From the NCBI GenBank assembly GCA_049724395.1, contig JAUGWO010000107.1, positions 62,001 through 126,000 on the forward strand: a DNA stretch of 64,000 bases. Direction: 5' to 3'. The DNA is from Spongospora subterranea f. sp. subterranea. Lineage: Eukaryota. Below are positions 12,773 through 26,126 of this stretch, one piece after another. The position numbers and the translations under genes are program-made. The notes under the pieces are model-generated. The model searched no databases. It saw only the letters and a program-made list of their open reading frames with translations, and had not been told where the DNA came from. How positions within the stretch are numbered: the stretch's first letter is position 1; every line of letters begins with the position of its first letter.

Positions 12773-15594
12773 ATGGTCGTCAAATTGGGGCCAATTTATG
12801 TAGGATTAGCATTGTATATCTCTGAAAATTGTTTTTCGTCTTACGTGAGACATACAGGACGCAATTGACAGTGGTAACTACAAGGCTGCTTTGAAGCTGA
12901 TTCGGAATGGGGAATCGCGCCATGGCAATGACCCAGTTCTTTCATCGTTAAAGGCTCTGGCTCTTGAGCGTTGCGATCGTGTTGAAGAAGCCTTGGATGC
13001 TTGCCAAGAGTTTTTGAAACAGAATCCTGTCGATCCTGCGGTGCTGGAAATGTCCCTGGTCGTGTTCAAGGATTTGAATCGTTTCGATCTAAATCGGCAA
13101 GCGTATGAAAATGCCTGCAAGCTGTCACCCAACAGGGAACCGCTACTCAACGGATTGTTTTTCGCACATCTACGCGAGTTTTCATTCCTCAAACAACAAC
13201 AGGTCGCCATGACACTTTATCGCACATTCTCCTCAGATAGATATCTGCATTGGGTCGCGCTGTGTATTGAGCTCCAGAATGGTGCTCTACATGATGACAG
13301 CCTCATTGCCTCTGTCCATCAAGTTCCCATCGCGCCACCGTCATCAAGTCGGTTGCTCAACTTGGCCGAAATGCTGTTAGTCAAACATTCAGCGGACCAG
13401 CCAATGCCGGTCAACCGTCTTCGCCAATATCTCCGAATTTTGCGTCGCCAAGGCAAGCATGCAACGATGATCATAGATGCCTTGGATGGAGTAATCGGCC
13501 AGCAATATCCGGATACTGATCCTGAGCGCCAACTATTGCTTTCAGACTGTTTATTCTCCACAGAGCAATTTGATCGGTGTGCTATCGTTACTGGTCAGCT
13601 GTTAAAGTTACACAATGCCGACGATTGGCGATATCTAACCCGTTACGTGGACGTGCAATGCGCTCTAAACCTGTCCCCCATCGAGTTTCTGACAAATTTA
13701 CAGCGGCGAAACCCGCGCCTGCGTGGACCGATTCTGGCAGAGATTGCATTCTATCACCGAGTTGGCGCCGTTACTGAACTTGTTAGTGCTGTTCAGCGAC
13801 ATTTTACCAGTTTTGGAGCGCATCGATGTTTCTTTTCTGACGTTGCACCATACCTGACAATTATTACTGATCGCGATTCGTTCCTCGAAGGGTTGGGCTG
13901 CAAATCCGATGCCGATGACACATCGCCGACGGGGATCGAAAACCGCATCCGTCGCCAAGTTTCCTATGAAATGTGCTGGCGGGCGCTAGAACAAGGGTCA
14001 ACTTTTTCTGTTGATGCGCTGCCCGACGGAGAAAGCTCATGATTTGTTCCGACGTTATCTTACCTCAGTCAATGCAGGGACATCGCTGGAGCCAACCGAG
14101 TTTGGTCCGGGGGACGATTTATGCCTTCTATGTGCTCACACCTTCATCGACTTATTTGAAAAATCGATGCAGGAATCTTTCCTATTTGATGCCATCTGTG
14201 CCCTGGAAACTGGTGTTAAATCATCCCCGTCGAATTTCCAGTTCCGTCTTTTACTGTGTCGCTTGTATTGTCACCCCCAGATTGGCGCGTTTCTGTCTGG
14301 GTTCAAGCATTACGCCGCACTCGACACTAAATCAATTCAACTGGAGACGTTGTCTCACCTTGTCCAAGAGGATGCGATTAGATTCGGATTTTTCACACAT
14401 GCATTCGCCGTTGCCTCCGCAATTGTCTCTTTCCACGAGCATCATAATTCGCAAGTCGCCGACACCATAATATTGTCATTTCGTCATAACCATCTTGACC
14501 AAGCGTTAGATTTTGTGAAATTCAACGAACGTCTGCGTCGGTCGCATCGTCTTTCCGATTCTTACGCCATCCAAACGTTCTATAAATGTATAGATTTGCC
14601 TGATATCACGTTAGCTCAGCTCAGCGATTGTTTAAGCAAATGTTCAACGGGTCCAACGGCGACGTCTCACATAATCAACGACGATTACTCGCTAATCGCC
14701 GTAATTGGCGATAAACGACACGCCGTACTCAGCACCCCTGCGCCGTTCGTTTTTCCGTCTTCATGGATGCCGCCTTCACCTGAACATCGAGCAGCTACCT
14801 TATCGTTGCACTCATCACTGATAGCAATGGGCAAAGCCAGTCTAACATCGGACCCAAAACTGATTCGAGAAACGCTCCAGGTTCTGGTCGGCGACCTATC
14901 TGCACTCGGTTTTGACGTTGCAACCGGGAAATCTTCAGCTCCCAACGGTGATGGCATAGCCAGGCAGTGGCAATATTGCTTCACATTGATGGAGGTGTCA
15001 GCCTGTGTGGTGGAGGCATGGCTTGGGGCGAATGCGTATCTATTCTCGAAAGACAACAGCGACGATAATGCAATTCGATGGAAATCCGTCCAGCGCCAGA
15101 TTCAGGTCTTGGGAATGTTTTTCACGGATTTGGTAAAGTCGGAAACAGCAACACCCATTGCATCGACCGCCATTCCTAGTCTTGTCATGTTCGGGCTTTT
15201 CGCATCCCGGTGGACAACGTTGGCGTGTGAATCCTGGTCGATGTTGATTCCCTCAAAACGCGCATTCGACAAGTCGCGAAAGACGTCGCCACAGATGGCC
15301 AGCAGTCCCGAGGTCGAGCAAGAAGTTGGCAGCGTTTTTGCAGAGACACGCGTCGTCCTTCGGGCGTTCGCCTTATCGGTGACAGAATCGCTTCAAAAAC
15401 TGCTGGCGTTCGTGCGCGAATCTAGGGAGAATGGTGTTCGTGTTCAGTTAGGAGAAGCTTCTAACCTATTCGATGATTCCGAACTATTGTTTTCGGTAGC
15501 CGACTCGGTGGTTGTGAGCCGTCAAAAATCGCTCGCCGCCGCAGCTGAGTCTTTTGAGCTGAGTTTGCGCTCTTTAGGACGAATGAAATTCTGA
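12773..15594 (+). CDS. NAA25: N-terminal acetyltransferase B auxiliary subunit (NAA25/MDM20), with an apparent +1 frameshift near 14022
   Basis: LGPIY|DAIDSGNYKAA across intron 12800-12857; QQQVAMTLY, DDWRY, RGPILAEI, FG..CFFSDV, TEFGPGDD, SPSNFQFRLLL and LDTKSIQLETLSH. Confidence 0.9.
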
Positions 15595-16763
15595 TATATT
15601 GCTATAATTATCCCTATAATTTTATAAATTCATAGCTCAAACATCAAAATCGGGTTTGCGAGGTGAATCGCCTTTCCGGAAGTCCCAAAAGATTACGGTT
15701 TTAAGTTTGTCAACTAATTGAAAGCTTTGTTTTGAGTTTGGGCATTACATCTCAGAAACGGGTGTCTTTTGCCTTTCAAAGTCTCTCATGTTTAGCAGCA
15801 AAGGATAGACCCTGTACCTGTTTGCCACACCTTCGTGCTTGACACAATTGGTTGTGGAGAAACAAAAATGAGTGAAACTGCTTCGAACTTTTCTATTGGC
15901 TCTGTAAGCTCAACTCAGCAGATACAGAGTACAACAATATTTACAAAGAGTCGATAGCCCTGCCCCGCCAAGTCGAGCCAAACAAAGTTCGAATCCTATC
16001 AAACACGATCCAGAAACCTTCATATCTGTACTTGAACACTTGATTAAAGTCCCAGAATCCCAATGGTTTCTTGTACATTTGTCCTCCAGGCGGATTCGAG
16101 AATCTCAGTTCTCTTGAGCTGTGAAATTTCATCACTGTATATAGCTCAATTTCGTTGTTGCTCCAAGTATGTGTGAAAAATCATCAGCATTCAAGCGAGT
16201 TGACACAGTTCAAGGCAGTGGCGTCGTTCACGAGACGCACAATGGATTGACTCGAACGTGTTCTTAGTCGTTTGGACAGCTAACATACATTTTTCCAGCT
16301 GAAGTTTGCGTGTTGCAAGTCTCGCTCTTCGCTTGAAAGATGTCATTGGCAGATAAACATCTATGCTATAGTTGTTTGATTATGTGCAGCTGTTGCCGCT
16401 TGAAGGTTGTCATTGGCAGAGATAGCCGAGGCTGTGCTATAGTTGTTTGATTATCTGGAGACGATCGATATATCACACCTCTGCCACCATCTCACAAAAA
16501 ACACCAGATCAAAAAGACACCAATCTAATGTACACTTGTTCAACGTGGGAGAACACTGGGAGAACATATCAAGACGAGACGTCTTCCGTAACGTGCACCA
16601 AGTCGTGCGCAACCTTTACCTGTTATCCCTTGGCCCCACAACTGTAGTGTAGATACTCAAATAAGTTCAGCCAAGTGCGAACCTCATTTCAGAGCTCGTT
16701 TTATCTGTATTGGGGGTTCCAATGATCTCTTGGCATAGGTCGTCGATCAAACGCTATAGAGTC

Positions 16764-18062
16764 ATGTTCGCTCTAATTACTTTTGTTATGACTCTTACAT
16801 GTTCTGTTTGTGCAAACATGTCTGCTCCGAGAACGCTAATTGTTATCGACGGTCCTCAATCAAACTTCGCCGGTTTTATGGAGGGCTTAAGGCGGGATTT
16901 GCATCACAATATCTCCGTTATTGACAAATCAGTGCCGCTTATCGATTTCGGTGAACGCGTTTATGACAACGTTGCGCTCCTGGGAACTATTGATGGAGTA
17001 TTTTCTACTCAAAACCTTCTTGATTTTGTCGATCTCGGTGGTAATTTACTGGTTGCCAATTCGGATCCCGGGAAGACTACCAGAAACTTGTCATCAAAGT
17101 GCGGTTTTACCTTTGACAGTGAAAGGGTGAGAAACATCCCTGTATGAATTCAACAGTTGTTTATTTTTCACACCACTTAGAGTGCTGTCATTGATGACGA
17201 CAATTCTTTGGACTCATTTCGCAAAATTTATGGAGTTGATTGTGCCAATAATGGCGGGATAAATATCAAAAACAGTTCGATTGCGTACAGAGGAATCGGG
17301 CAAGTTCAGAGTCTGATGTCGTCCACCGAGAAGTCATTTGCGTTTTTACCTGGAGACGTCTCTACCTATTCTATCGCTGCAGATGGATCGATCATTTCAG
17401 CTGGACAAGAGCTAGTTTTGATATCTGCATTTCAAGCTGGCAATAATGCGCGAATTTTGGTCTCGGGCTCTTCAGATATGTTCACCGATCAATTTTTTGC
17501 CATCAAATCATGTGAAAATCGTAGATTCGCGCTTGAAGCTGCTGCGTGGACCTTTGGACAAAAGGGTATTCTCAGAGCATCGAATATCCATCATCACCGC
17601 ATCGATCACGCTGATGACCACACACCTCCTAAACAGTATACTGTGAACGATACCGTTGTATATCATGTTGATATTGAAGAGTTTGACGGGTTTTCCAATC
17701 GCTGGAAACCGTTTATTGCAAAAAAAAACGATATGCAGCTCGAGTTTGTAATGATGAGCCCGTATATTCGTGTCCCTCTTAAATCATCCAAATCGGGCCA
17801 CTACTCGTCGACGTTCACGGTTCCGGATGTTTATGGCGTGTTCAAGTTCAAGGTCGAATATGATCGTCTAGGACTGTCCAAGCTAGTGTTGTCCACAACG
17901 GTTCCTGTCCATCCGAAACGCCACGACGAGTTTGAGCGCTTTATTGTTAGCGCATTTCCTTATTATGTCTCTGAGTTCACAATGATCATAAGCTTCCTAC
18001 TTTTCTCAGTAGTCTATTTGCATCACACAGACAATGAATGTAATCGGGCAGTTTCAACGTAA
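16764..18062 (+). CDS. DDOST: Oligosaccharyltransferase 48-kDa subunit (OST48/WBP1/DDOST)
   Basis: Signal peptide; FVDLGGNLLVA, QAGNNARILVSGS, QLEFVMMSPYIR, PDVYGVFKFKVEY, RHDEFERFIVSAFPYY and a C-terminal TM helix. Intron at ~17127-17180. Confidence 0.95.
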
Positions 18063-18352
18063 TAAAACCGGTCGAAAAGGGTAGTCATCCATTTTGTTCT
18101 TCTCATGTTCTTGTTGGGATGCGTTGATTAACACAAAAAATCATGTTCGTGGCCAAAATTCAGTTATGACGACACAGGAAGCATTTTACCGCGCCACACT
18201 CGGTGTTTTTCTTTTTCTGTACTCAGTGTACGAAATCTGTTACACCAGTGTCTGAGTGAGAGATTGTAGAGACGGAGTGATGTGGTTGCGACCGTGTCTC
18301 CGTGATAACCCTTCTTCCTTATCGCTCGTCCCCGTTATCTCTATTACGTCCA

Positions 18353-19086
18353 ATGGAATTTACAGGTCTTCTAGGAAATAATCCTGAACCAGAACAAGAA
18401 GGGTGGTTCTCTGAGATACTCCATCTTACATGGATTCAGCGTCTTTGGGGATTTGTAATTTGCTTCTTTCTTGGAATGCTCTTTGGATTCATGTCTTCAT
18501 TCGCTGTCGGATCTATCATCGTAGGTTAGTTGAGAGTTATCTTTCTTTCCCAATCAACTCAAAACTTTTAGGACGCCCTGCCAAGTTTGCTTTTCCCTAT
18601 ACGCTCTCAAACCTATTATCCCTTGGAAGGTAATATGACTGGTTTTTCGATTTTTTTTTTAAGATTGTTTTAGCACAACATTCTTGATGGGACCAAAAGT
18701 AAGGATCTCGTCTTTGGTCTTTATTCGTTCCTTTACTATGCTGATTGCAGAGCCAATTTAAGGCAATGTTTTCAAAGACCAGAATAGGTATGCTGGATGA
18801 TGCCAAAACTATCAATATTTGTGATAACTTGTTGATAGTGGCTACAACAGTATATCTGTTCTTTTTGGTCCTCACTTTAGTCCTCGCTTTCAACGTTCGT
18901 CAATCATTGTTGACAACATTCCAGTTACTGACTTATTATTCATTGCAGCATGCCAAGCCGATCCTTGTTTTGATATCCATCATCATCCAGATGCTCGCTC
19001 TGGCATGGTATTCGTTATCATATATTCCATTTGCTCGCAATGCAGCATCGTCTTGCCTCCGTCGGACATTCTCTACATTATGTTGA
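18353..19086 (+). CDS. SFT2: SFT2/Got1-family vesicle transport membrane protein, multi-exon
   Basis: LTWIQRLWGF..C, KFAFPYTLSNLLSL, FLMGP, QFKAMFSKTRI and WYSLSYIPFAR; several short introns. Confidence 0.92.
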
Positions 19087-19134
19087 TAATAAATCTATCA
19101 CATTACGATAAGAAGCATTGGTTATTGCTAAATT

Positions 19135-21548
19135 TTACTGTATTGCGGGAGCTGGCGTTGGTGGAGGTTTCTTCAATCGTCCAAACTGATCTACGTTTGA
19201 ATTCGGATCAGTAGATTCTTCGGAGATATCAACTTCCTTATTGGGTCTGATTTGTGGGGTTCTCATCCCTCCACGATGTTGGCCTCTAGCCCTTCCTCGC
19301 TTGAACGGTCCAGGGCCACCTTTATTCACTGCGGAAGCATCATGAAGATATGGGCATGTGTCGCCCAATGTACAGCCGCGAGGCATGATAAAGAACTTGC
19401 ATATTCGGTTGGCGACACCAGGTCTCCGGTCTGCTTCAGGAATTGGTCGAGGAGATGCCCGACGATCATTATCAGGACGGAAATGAGGTGGCGGCTGGAC
19501 ACTTCGGTAGGGGCCTCTTGGTGGTGGCGCATCAGTAAAGCGCCGGTCGTCGTACCGATCATTTGGGTGTCTTTCGTACATGTCGGGGGGATAAGGTCGC
19601 CTTTCAGGAGGATACACAAAATGACGGTCATCTTCACGAAAAGATGGTGGATAGCGAGGAGGTGGCTCATTGCCAACGGCTCTACAACCATCAAAATTCG
19701 GGTCACGAAACTGAGACCGATGTACATAAGGGCGCCCGTCTCGATCCGGCCCGAATCTCATTGGAGATCTTCGCATATCAATATCAGGCCCATAAGGGAC
19801 ATTTTGTCTTCTCTCGTATTCGCTCCACTGTGATCGTGATGGTGGATTTACCCGGTCTTCAACACGAGGTCGAGGATACTCTTCTATGAACCGTCGTTGC
19901 ATGAGCGCATGTTCCTGTGATCGCGAGTGGTCCAAAGGTATGCGTCGTTCCGGAAAACCTGCCGGCTCAAACTCAGGAGAATACGGGTTCAGATACGGAT
20001 ATGGCTCATGTGAAGGAAACCCGCGTTCGAATTCTTCCCTCCTGTCGTCGCGGCGTTGGCCCACCGTTGCTGATTGAACTGCCGGAATTGACGGAGGCAA
20101 AGGAAGACCGAAGTGATCTCTATTAACTGGTGGTGGTGGCGAACGAGGACGTTCACGACGAACTGGAGGCGGGGACCTTATCCTAATGGAGCTGAAATGG
20201 TTCGACTCAGGAAAATTGAAGTCATTATTCGATTCCTGGTATTGAGGGTCCTCAGTCTCAAGAAAAAGATCAGACATCAACGATGGATCAGCGGATATAA
20301 GTTCATCCAATGCCAATGAATTCTCGTGAGAGTCCAGTAAAACAACAGGATCGGACAGCATACCGCCAACAGGTGCTGGGAGATCCTGATTACCAAGGTC
20401 AACATGTTGACTAGCGATTGGTGCATTGATGTACCTTTAAATCCTTGTAAAATGGATTGGCAGTGGAAACAGATTGCGCCTCGTCAGATGTGGGTTCAGG
20501 ATTCGGTGGGACTTGATCTTTTTTGAAATAAACAAGTTCCATTACGCTGGCAACTCGATTCGCTTGAACAGATTTCTCAGTACTGTTCACGCCCTTTTGA
20601 GAAAATTTGCAATCCTCGGGAATCATTAACCGGTGTGGTGTCTGCCAGACGGTTTGCGGTAAAATGATATAGGATGGATTAGATTGAACAACGGCTTCTT
20701 GACCAGATTGCAACATTTCTTCAATGGGATCGTGAAATATCTTGACCATCTCCAATTTGTGCTCAGGAGCCCACTGAAGGGACTTGGAATGTTCTGAGCG
20801 TTTCTTCTTTCGAGCTGGTTCGTCCGAGCAAGCGTCGCTGAAGTATTCAGGATCGCGTTCAAATATTACCTTCCTATCGGTCCTGCCTACCACTATTGAG
20901 TAATGCTCTACATTTGGTTTCTCGCTTTGCCATTGTGTTAAAGCGTATTTTGCCTGTTCTCGGACACTACGGTCACCACATTTTAACGCCAACTCAGAAA
21001 CCAATGCTTCTAGCGAAGTAGCCATGTTTCCGGAAATCGGAAGCCTAGCAGCCAGTTTCAACAGAGCCAACTGGGAAAGTCGATCAGTCCCTGGACTCAA
21101 TTACTATGGCGATGTTGATACAGACCTGTAATCCCTGGCGACCTTCATCAACAGCTTGTCCCAACCAGTTTGTCAACTGGACATGCCCGTCAATGGCCAT
21201 GAACTTAGCCAACGCGTCTTTCGTCTCGACATTGCATATAGTGTTGACAATAACCAAGCGATCGTCGGGATTAGCTACCCTCATTTCGTTAATCTTCTTG
21301 ACCATTCGTTCAAGGCCGGTAGGCGGGCGACCCCTCCTCTTACGCCTGATGGCATCCTTGGCACCCGACATTGGCCAATCCGGTTGGTCGTCCAGGCGAC
21401 AGGTCCGTGAGCGCATCACAGGATCCGACAGGTGAGGGCCGTGGGGCATCCTACAGTGCACATATGGATCTGTATCATGAGCCGTCCAGCGGGACAGAGG
21501 ACACAAATAGGTACGGTAGGAAGTTGACCTGCTGCTCTGCCGTCCCAT
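19135..21548 (-). CDS. PP1 regulatory subunit 10 (PNUTS)-like protein
   Basis: TFIIS-N-like helical region (FMAIDGHVQLTNWL), RVxF-type KSLQW..LEMVKIF, STEKSVQANR..Y..PPNPEP, a long P/R/D low-complexity region and a C-terminal CCCH finger (CKFFIMPRGCTLGDTCPYLH). Exon limits are approximate. Confidence 0.7.
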
Positions 21549-21781
21549 CGTCACACCATCTGGGTCATATCAATCCCTCATACTGCTCATTCTGTACTCA
21601 TATCCCCCTCAATGTTATATAATGTAAAATTCAACTTTCTTTCGAATCAGTGACCGAACAATAATACTGATAATCATTCGAGTGTAAAGCTCCTCGAAAA
21701 ATGTTCTAAGCAGAAAGGATATATTGGCCAAATGTTTTGCATACCAAGTAAATGGCCGCCAAGTCGTTGTCGTAAGGAATA

Positions 21782-24693
21782 ATGCTCTGTTGGTTTATTT
21801 TCCCATTGACTGCGATTTTGGTTTATGGGGGTGGTGTAGCGTGAGTCTATTCACATGGATACACGGTATTGTGTACCATACATATCGTTATCTCTCAGAT
21901 ATCAGTTCATCTGATTCCATCATTCTTCTGAATATATTAACGCTCGATTTATGCCTCTTTCCCTCTCGCCATATCCCATAGCCAATGCGTTCAGTCATAT
22001 ATCTTGTTGCTATAGGATTTACAGTTAAATCACTCTTTCATTTAACTGCTGAATATCGAGGTCGCCCATACAGGTGTTCCAGCCACAGTTTATTTTCTCT
22101 TTTCGAATATATGATATACCCGTTTTATATTTCAAGCATTGATATTGAACCAGCTTCGCCGGACGACAACTTTTTTGACAATAACGTAGAATTGTCCATA
22201 TCTGGAAGTCATTCGCGCTCCCTTCTTCAAGTTCAATTCGGCAATGAACCTTCTGGCGGGTCGGCATATCAGGTTGATGCTGTTATTGATGGAATAACCG
22301 GCGCCAACATCAGAATAGCAGTTTTGGATTCAGGATCAACCACAAATCATCCTGCACTCTCCAAGGTTGTTGAGAGACTCGATTTCACAAGCGATGGTGA
22401 TCCTGGTGATGTCCTTGGTCATGGGACGTTTGTGGCCTCTGTAATTGCAGGTAATGATCCTCAATGCCTAGGCCTCGCTCCTGACGCTCTTCTTCATATC
22501 TTCCGGATGTTCACGGCTGATCAGACATCCTACACATCATGGTTTATCGATGCATTCAATTACGCCATGTGGGCTGGTGTTGACGTCATAAACCTATCTG
22601 TTGGTGGACCTGATCATTATGACGCCCCTTTCATGGAGAAGATATCAGAGATGTGTGCCTTTGGAATGATTGTCGTATCGGCAAACGGTAATGATGGTCC
22701 ATTATGGGGCACCCATATGAATCCAGCGGATATGTCGTGTGTTATTGGGGTTGGTGGATTATCTGCCGATGGGTCGATTGCCAGTTTCAGCGCCCGAGGC
22801 ATGACTGCTCATGAGCTTCATCATCATGGGTATGGACGAATCAAACCTGATATTGTGACATTGGCTGAAAAAGTCCAGGGTTCTGCGATCAATTCGGGCT
22901 GTAAGACTCTAACAGGAACATCTGTTGCCTCCCCAATTGTGGCTGGGGCGGTTGCCATGCTGCTGTCGTCATTACCGTCTAATTCATTACTCAGGAATCC
23001 TGCTGCTATCAAGCAATCCTTGATCAAGACTGCTGAGCGAATTGCTCACAGCAGTATGTTCGAACAAGGTGCTGGTAAAATGCAGGTTCGAAAAGCCCTA
23101 CAGATGTTATCAAATATGAAGGCCCATGTCAGTGTATTTCCTAGTGCAATCGATTTTACCGATCATGAATATTTCTGGCCTTACTCGTCGCAGCCGATAT
23201 TTGCATCAGCTGAGCCTGTAATCTGTAATCTCACGGTCTTGAACAGTGTTGGAGTTGAAGGTGTCATAGTTCCTGAATCGGTGCTGTTCACACCCGCTCT
23301 GTCGAATCAGCCCGAATTATCATTAGGCTACAGTTATTCCGATCTATTATGGCCATGGAGCGGTTGGTTTGCCGTTCATATCGGCGTAGCTCATGATGTT
23401 GGGGAAGCCATTACAGTGTCTGGTCAGATCGGATTTACTGTCCGATCAGGTCGTGATCTACATCATGTCGATATCCCTTTATCAGTTCCTGTCATCCCAA
23501 AGCCACCTCGCCGGACTCGCCTGCTGTGGGATCAGTTTCACAATGTCCAGTTTCCTCAGATATTCGTCCCCCGTGATAATCTCAATGAGGTTGTTGACAC
23601 TCTCGATTGGCATGGGGATCACCTTCACACCAATTTCCGTACTTTCTACAAAGCATTACGCTCAGCTGGATTTTACATTGATATTTTATATCGAGATTTC
23701 ACATGCATCGACGCGGAACGATATGGGGCGCTATTAATCGTTGACCCAGAGAGAGAAATCTTGAATTTTGAAATCGCACAACTGGCGCAGGACGTAATGC
23801 AAAGCGGATTATCCGTTGTTGTGATTGCTGACTGGTTCAATCTTGATCAAATGTCTAAAACACGGTTCTTCGATAAGGTGCTGGCCTCGTTTATGCATCT
23901 TTGTATGACCTGACTGAATGCACAGAATACTCAAAAATGGTGGGAACCGTTTACTGGTGGTGCAAATATTCCAACCATCAATGATCTTTTGCGCCTGTTT
24001 GATATCGAATTCTCAGATGATGTCGTAGAGGGCGTTTTTAGGATCAATGGCCGTCCCACTATTTTTAACTCGGGGTCATCACTGAGAAGGTTTCCGGCAG
24101 GGGGGAAGGTCCTCAGTTTCGCTTCGCTATCCTCATCGATAGGGGCTTCTGGACCTATTGCTATTGGTGGAATAGTATCTGTCAATGGCAGTCGAATAGC
24201 TGTGTTTGGAGATTCCAACGGTATTGATGATTCGCAATCAGATGCATCTAATCGGGCTGATTGGCTTGTCCTTTTACTGATTGAGTATGCTACATCCGGT
24301 ATCGTTCCAGATCATCTTGCTACAGGGCTAACTCTACTCGAAACTGCTCTGGATAGTAATCGCGATTCACCGGTTCGCCCAACACTTGATTTCTCGCCAT
24401 TTTTATTCGGGTCGAACCCGTTCGCCATGTGCCCTAATAACAAATCAACGTTCGATGTGTCTCGACATCAGACACTGAGGACTGTTCGAAAAGTACCCCT
24501 TCACGTTCAAGAACGATCTGCGATTAATTTACAAATATTTGTTGCCATTATCGTTCTTTCCTCACTCATATACTTGCTGTTCAAGCGTCGCCAAAGGAGG
24601 CGTTCGCCAACAATGCTACCGACTAATATCACTGATTTTGAGGACGACGGCCGGTCTTTTCGACGAAGATCTACCACATTTGCACTATCATAA
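21782..24693 (+). CDS. MBTPS1: Membrane-bound transcription factor site-1 protease (subtilase S1P/SKI-1)
   Basis: Catalytic triad VLDSG, HGTFVA and GTSVASP; S1P-specific SYTSWFIDAFNYA, WPWSG, LLWDQFH and DWHGDHLHTNF; C-terminal TM helix with a basic tail. The 5' exon structure is uncertain (signal peptide-like MLCWFIFPLTAIL at 21782). Intron at ~23878-23925. Confidence 0.92.
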
Positions 24694-24826
24694 TTTTTAC
24701 TCTTAGAACAAGAGTTATTGTTTGAATAACGAAGAATACAGTATAATTTATATCAATGTAAGTTCCATATCTTGATGCACATTGTGTTGATTATCCAGCG
24801 TCCTTCGAAAACTTGCCGGATGACTC

Positions 24827-25945
24827 ATGGCTTTGCCCTTCCCTTCCGAATGTTTGATTAGCACAGAGATATCTGTGGCACCTGTATCACAAATGGTCCA
24901 TGTCGTGTTAAGGGCATTAATCTTGTCGTTCCTGACTTCTGTTGCCACTGTATGTGGAGGCATATTAACCATTTTCATCGACAAGGAGAGCAAAGAGAAG
25001 GTGATCCCGAGGAGCCTGGGAGTTGCCGCCGGAGTGATGGTAAAATAACAATTATGAAAGGGAATGTTTTACTGATGGATTTGTGATAGATATATGTCGC
25101 ATTGCTCGAGCTGATGAGGGAATCTAGTGAATCATTCAATCTTGATCACAATAAAACCCAGTCCTCAATGTGGTCTACCGCATTCTTCTTTTTCGGCATG
25201 ATATTCATCGCTATCGTTGGGGCGATATGCGACAAAGCTACAGCCTATGCACAGTCTTTGAACCAAGATCCGAATTTCGAGGACTTAGAAGACAGAGATT
25301 ATGAAGTCAATACTGCTGCAAGAACCGGTCGCGCTACCAAGAGGCAATCAGTGTTTAAGAATCCACCGATTCTCTCGTCAACGATCACTACCCTAGCGGT
25401 GGCGCTTCATAATATCCCTGAGGGGATCAGCTTGTTTATCGTCGCTGTACAGAATCCTGAACTGGGATTGCCGTTAGCTGTATGTGGTTATGGGTCTGGC
25501 CTCCCTCCTTTATCTGACGGCAATCTCTTTTAGATCGCCATGGCGGTTCACAATGTCCCAGAAGGGGTGTGCATAGCGATGCCTATATACTTCAAGAGTA
25601 ATAGTAAAGTCCAGGCCGTATCTTGGGCTCTGATTGCAGGAGCAGTTGAGTTCGCAGGGTCCTTGATTGCCTTGAGTCTCCCTACTCAATGGTTTACCCC
25701 CTTTTTTATTGGATCCACTACAGCCCGTATGGACTCATTATATCTCTTTAAATTTGTTTCTAACTGTTGCATTAGTGACAGCAGGGATGATGGTTTACGC
25801 CAGCTTTACAGAAGTGTTAGCTCACGCACGTGATCACGATCCCAAGGATCAAAGCACGAGCAAGTTCGTGTTCCTGGGCATGTTTCTTATGGCATTGTCA
25901 TTGATTCTTATTGAGCATGCTCGAGACGTTGGCAGGCTCGTATAG
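24827..25945 (+). CDS. ZIP/ZupT-family metal transporter
   Basis: SLGVAAGVM, ALHNIPEG, AVHNVPEG..IAMPIY and AGMMVYASFTEVL; three short introns. Confidence 0.92.
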
Positions 25946-26126
25946 GGCTCCTATTGAATTAATTCAAACTCTTCGTCTTACATACCAGAGATAAAATGTT
26001 TTATTTTGATTATCACATCCGTTATGGGTCACAATTGACAACTATATCCCAAACGATATGATTATAGTGGTGATGTCGCGATCACTTGACGGCCACAGTT
26101 CACACATAATCGCAATAACAGGCGTT

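Noticed and set aside
15850..16650. Gene or transposase remnant between NAA25 and OST48
   Set aside because: Only short ORFs and a ~70-bp degenerate duplication (16331/16398); nothing assignable.
19252..20319. Plus-strand ORFs opposite the PNUTS-like gene
   Set aside because: Shadow ORFs of a low-complexity coding region.
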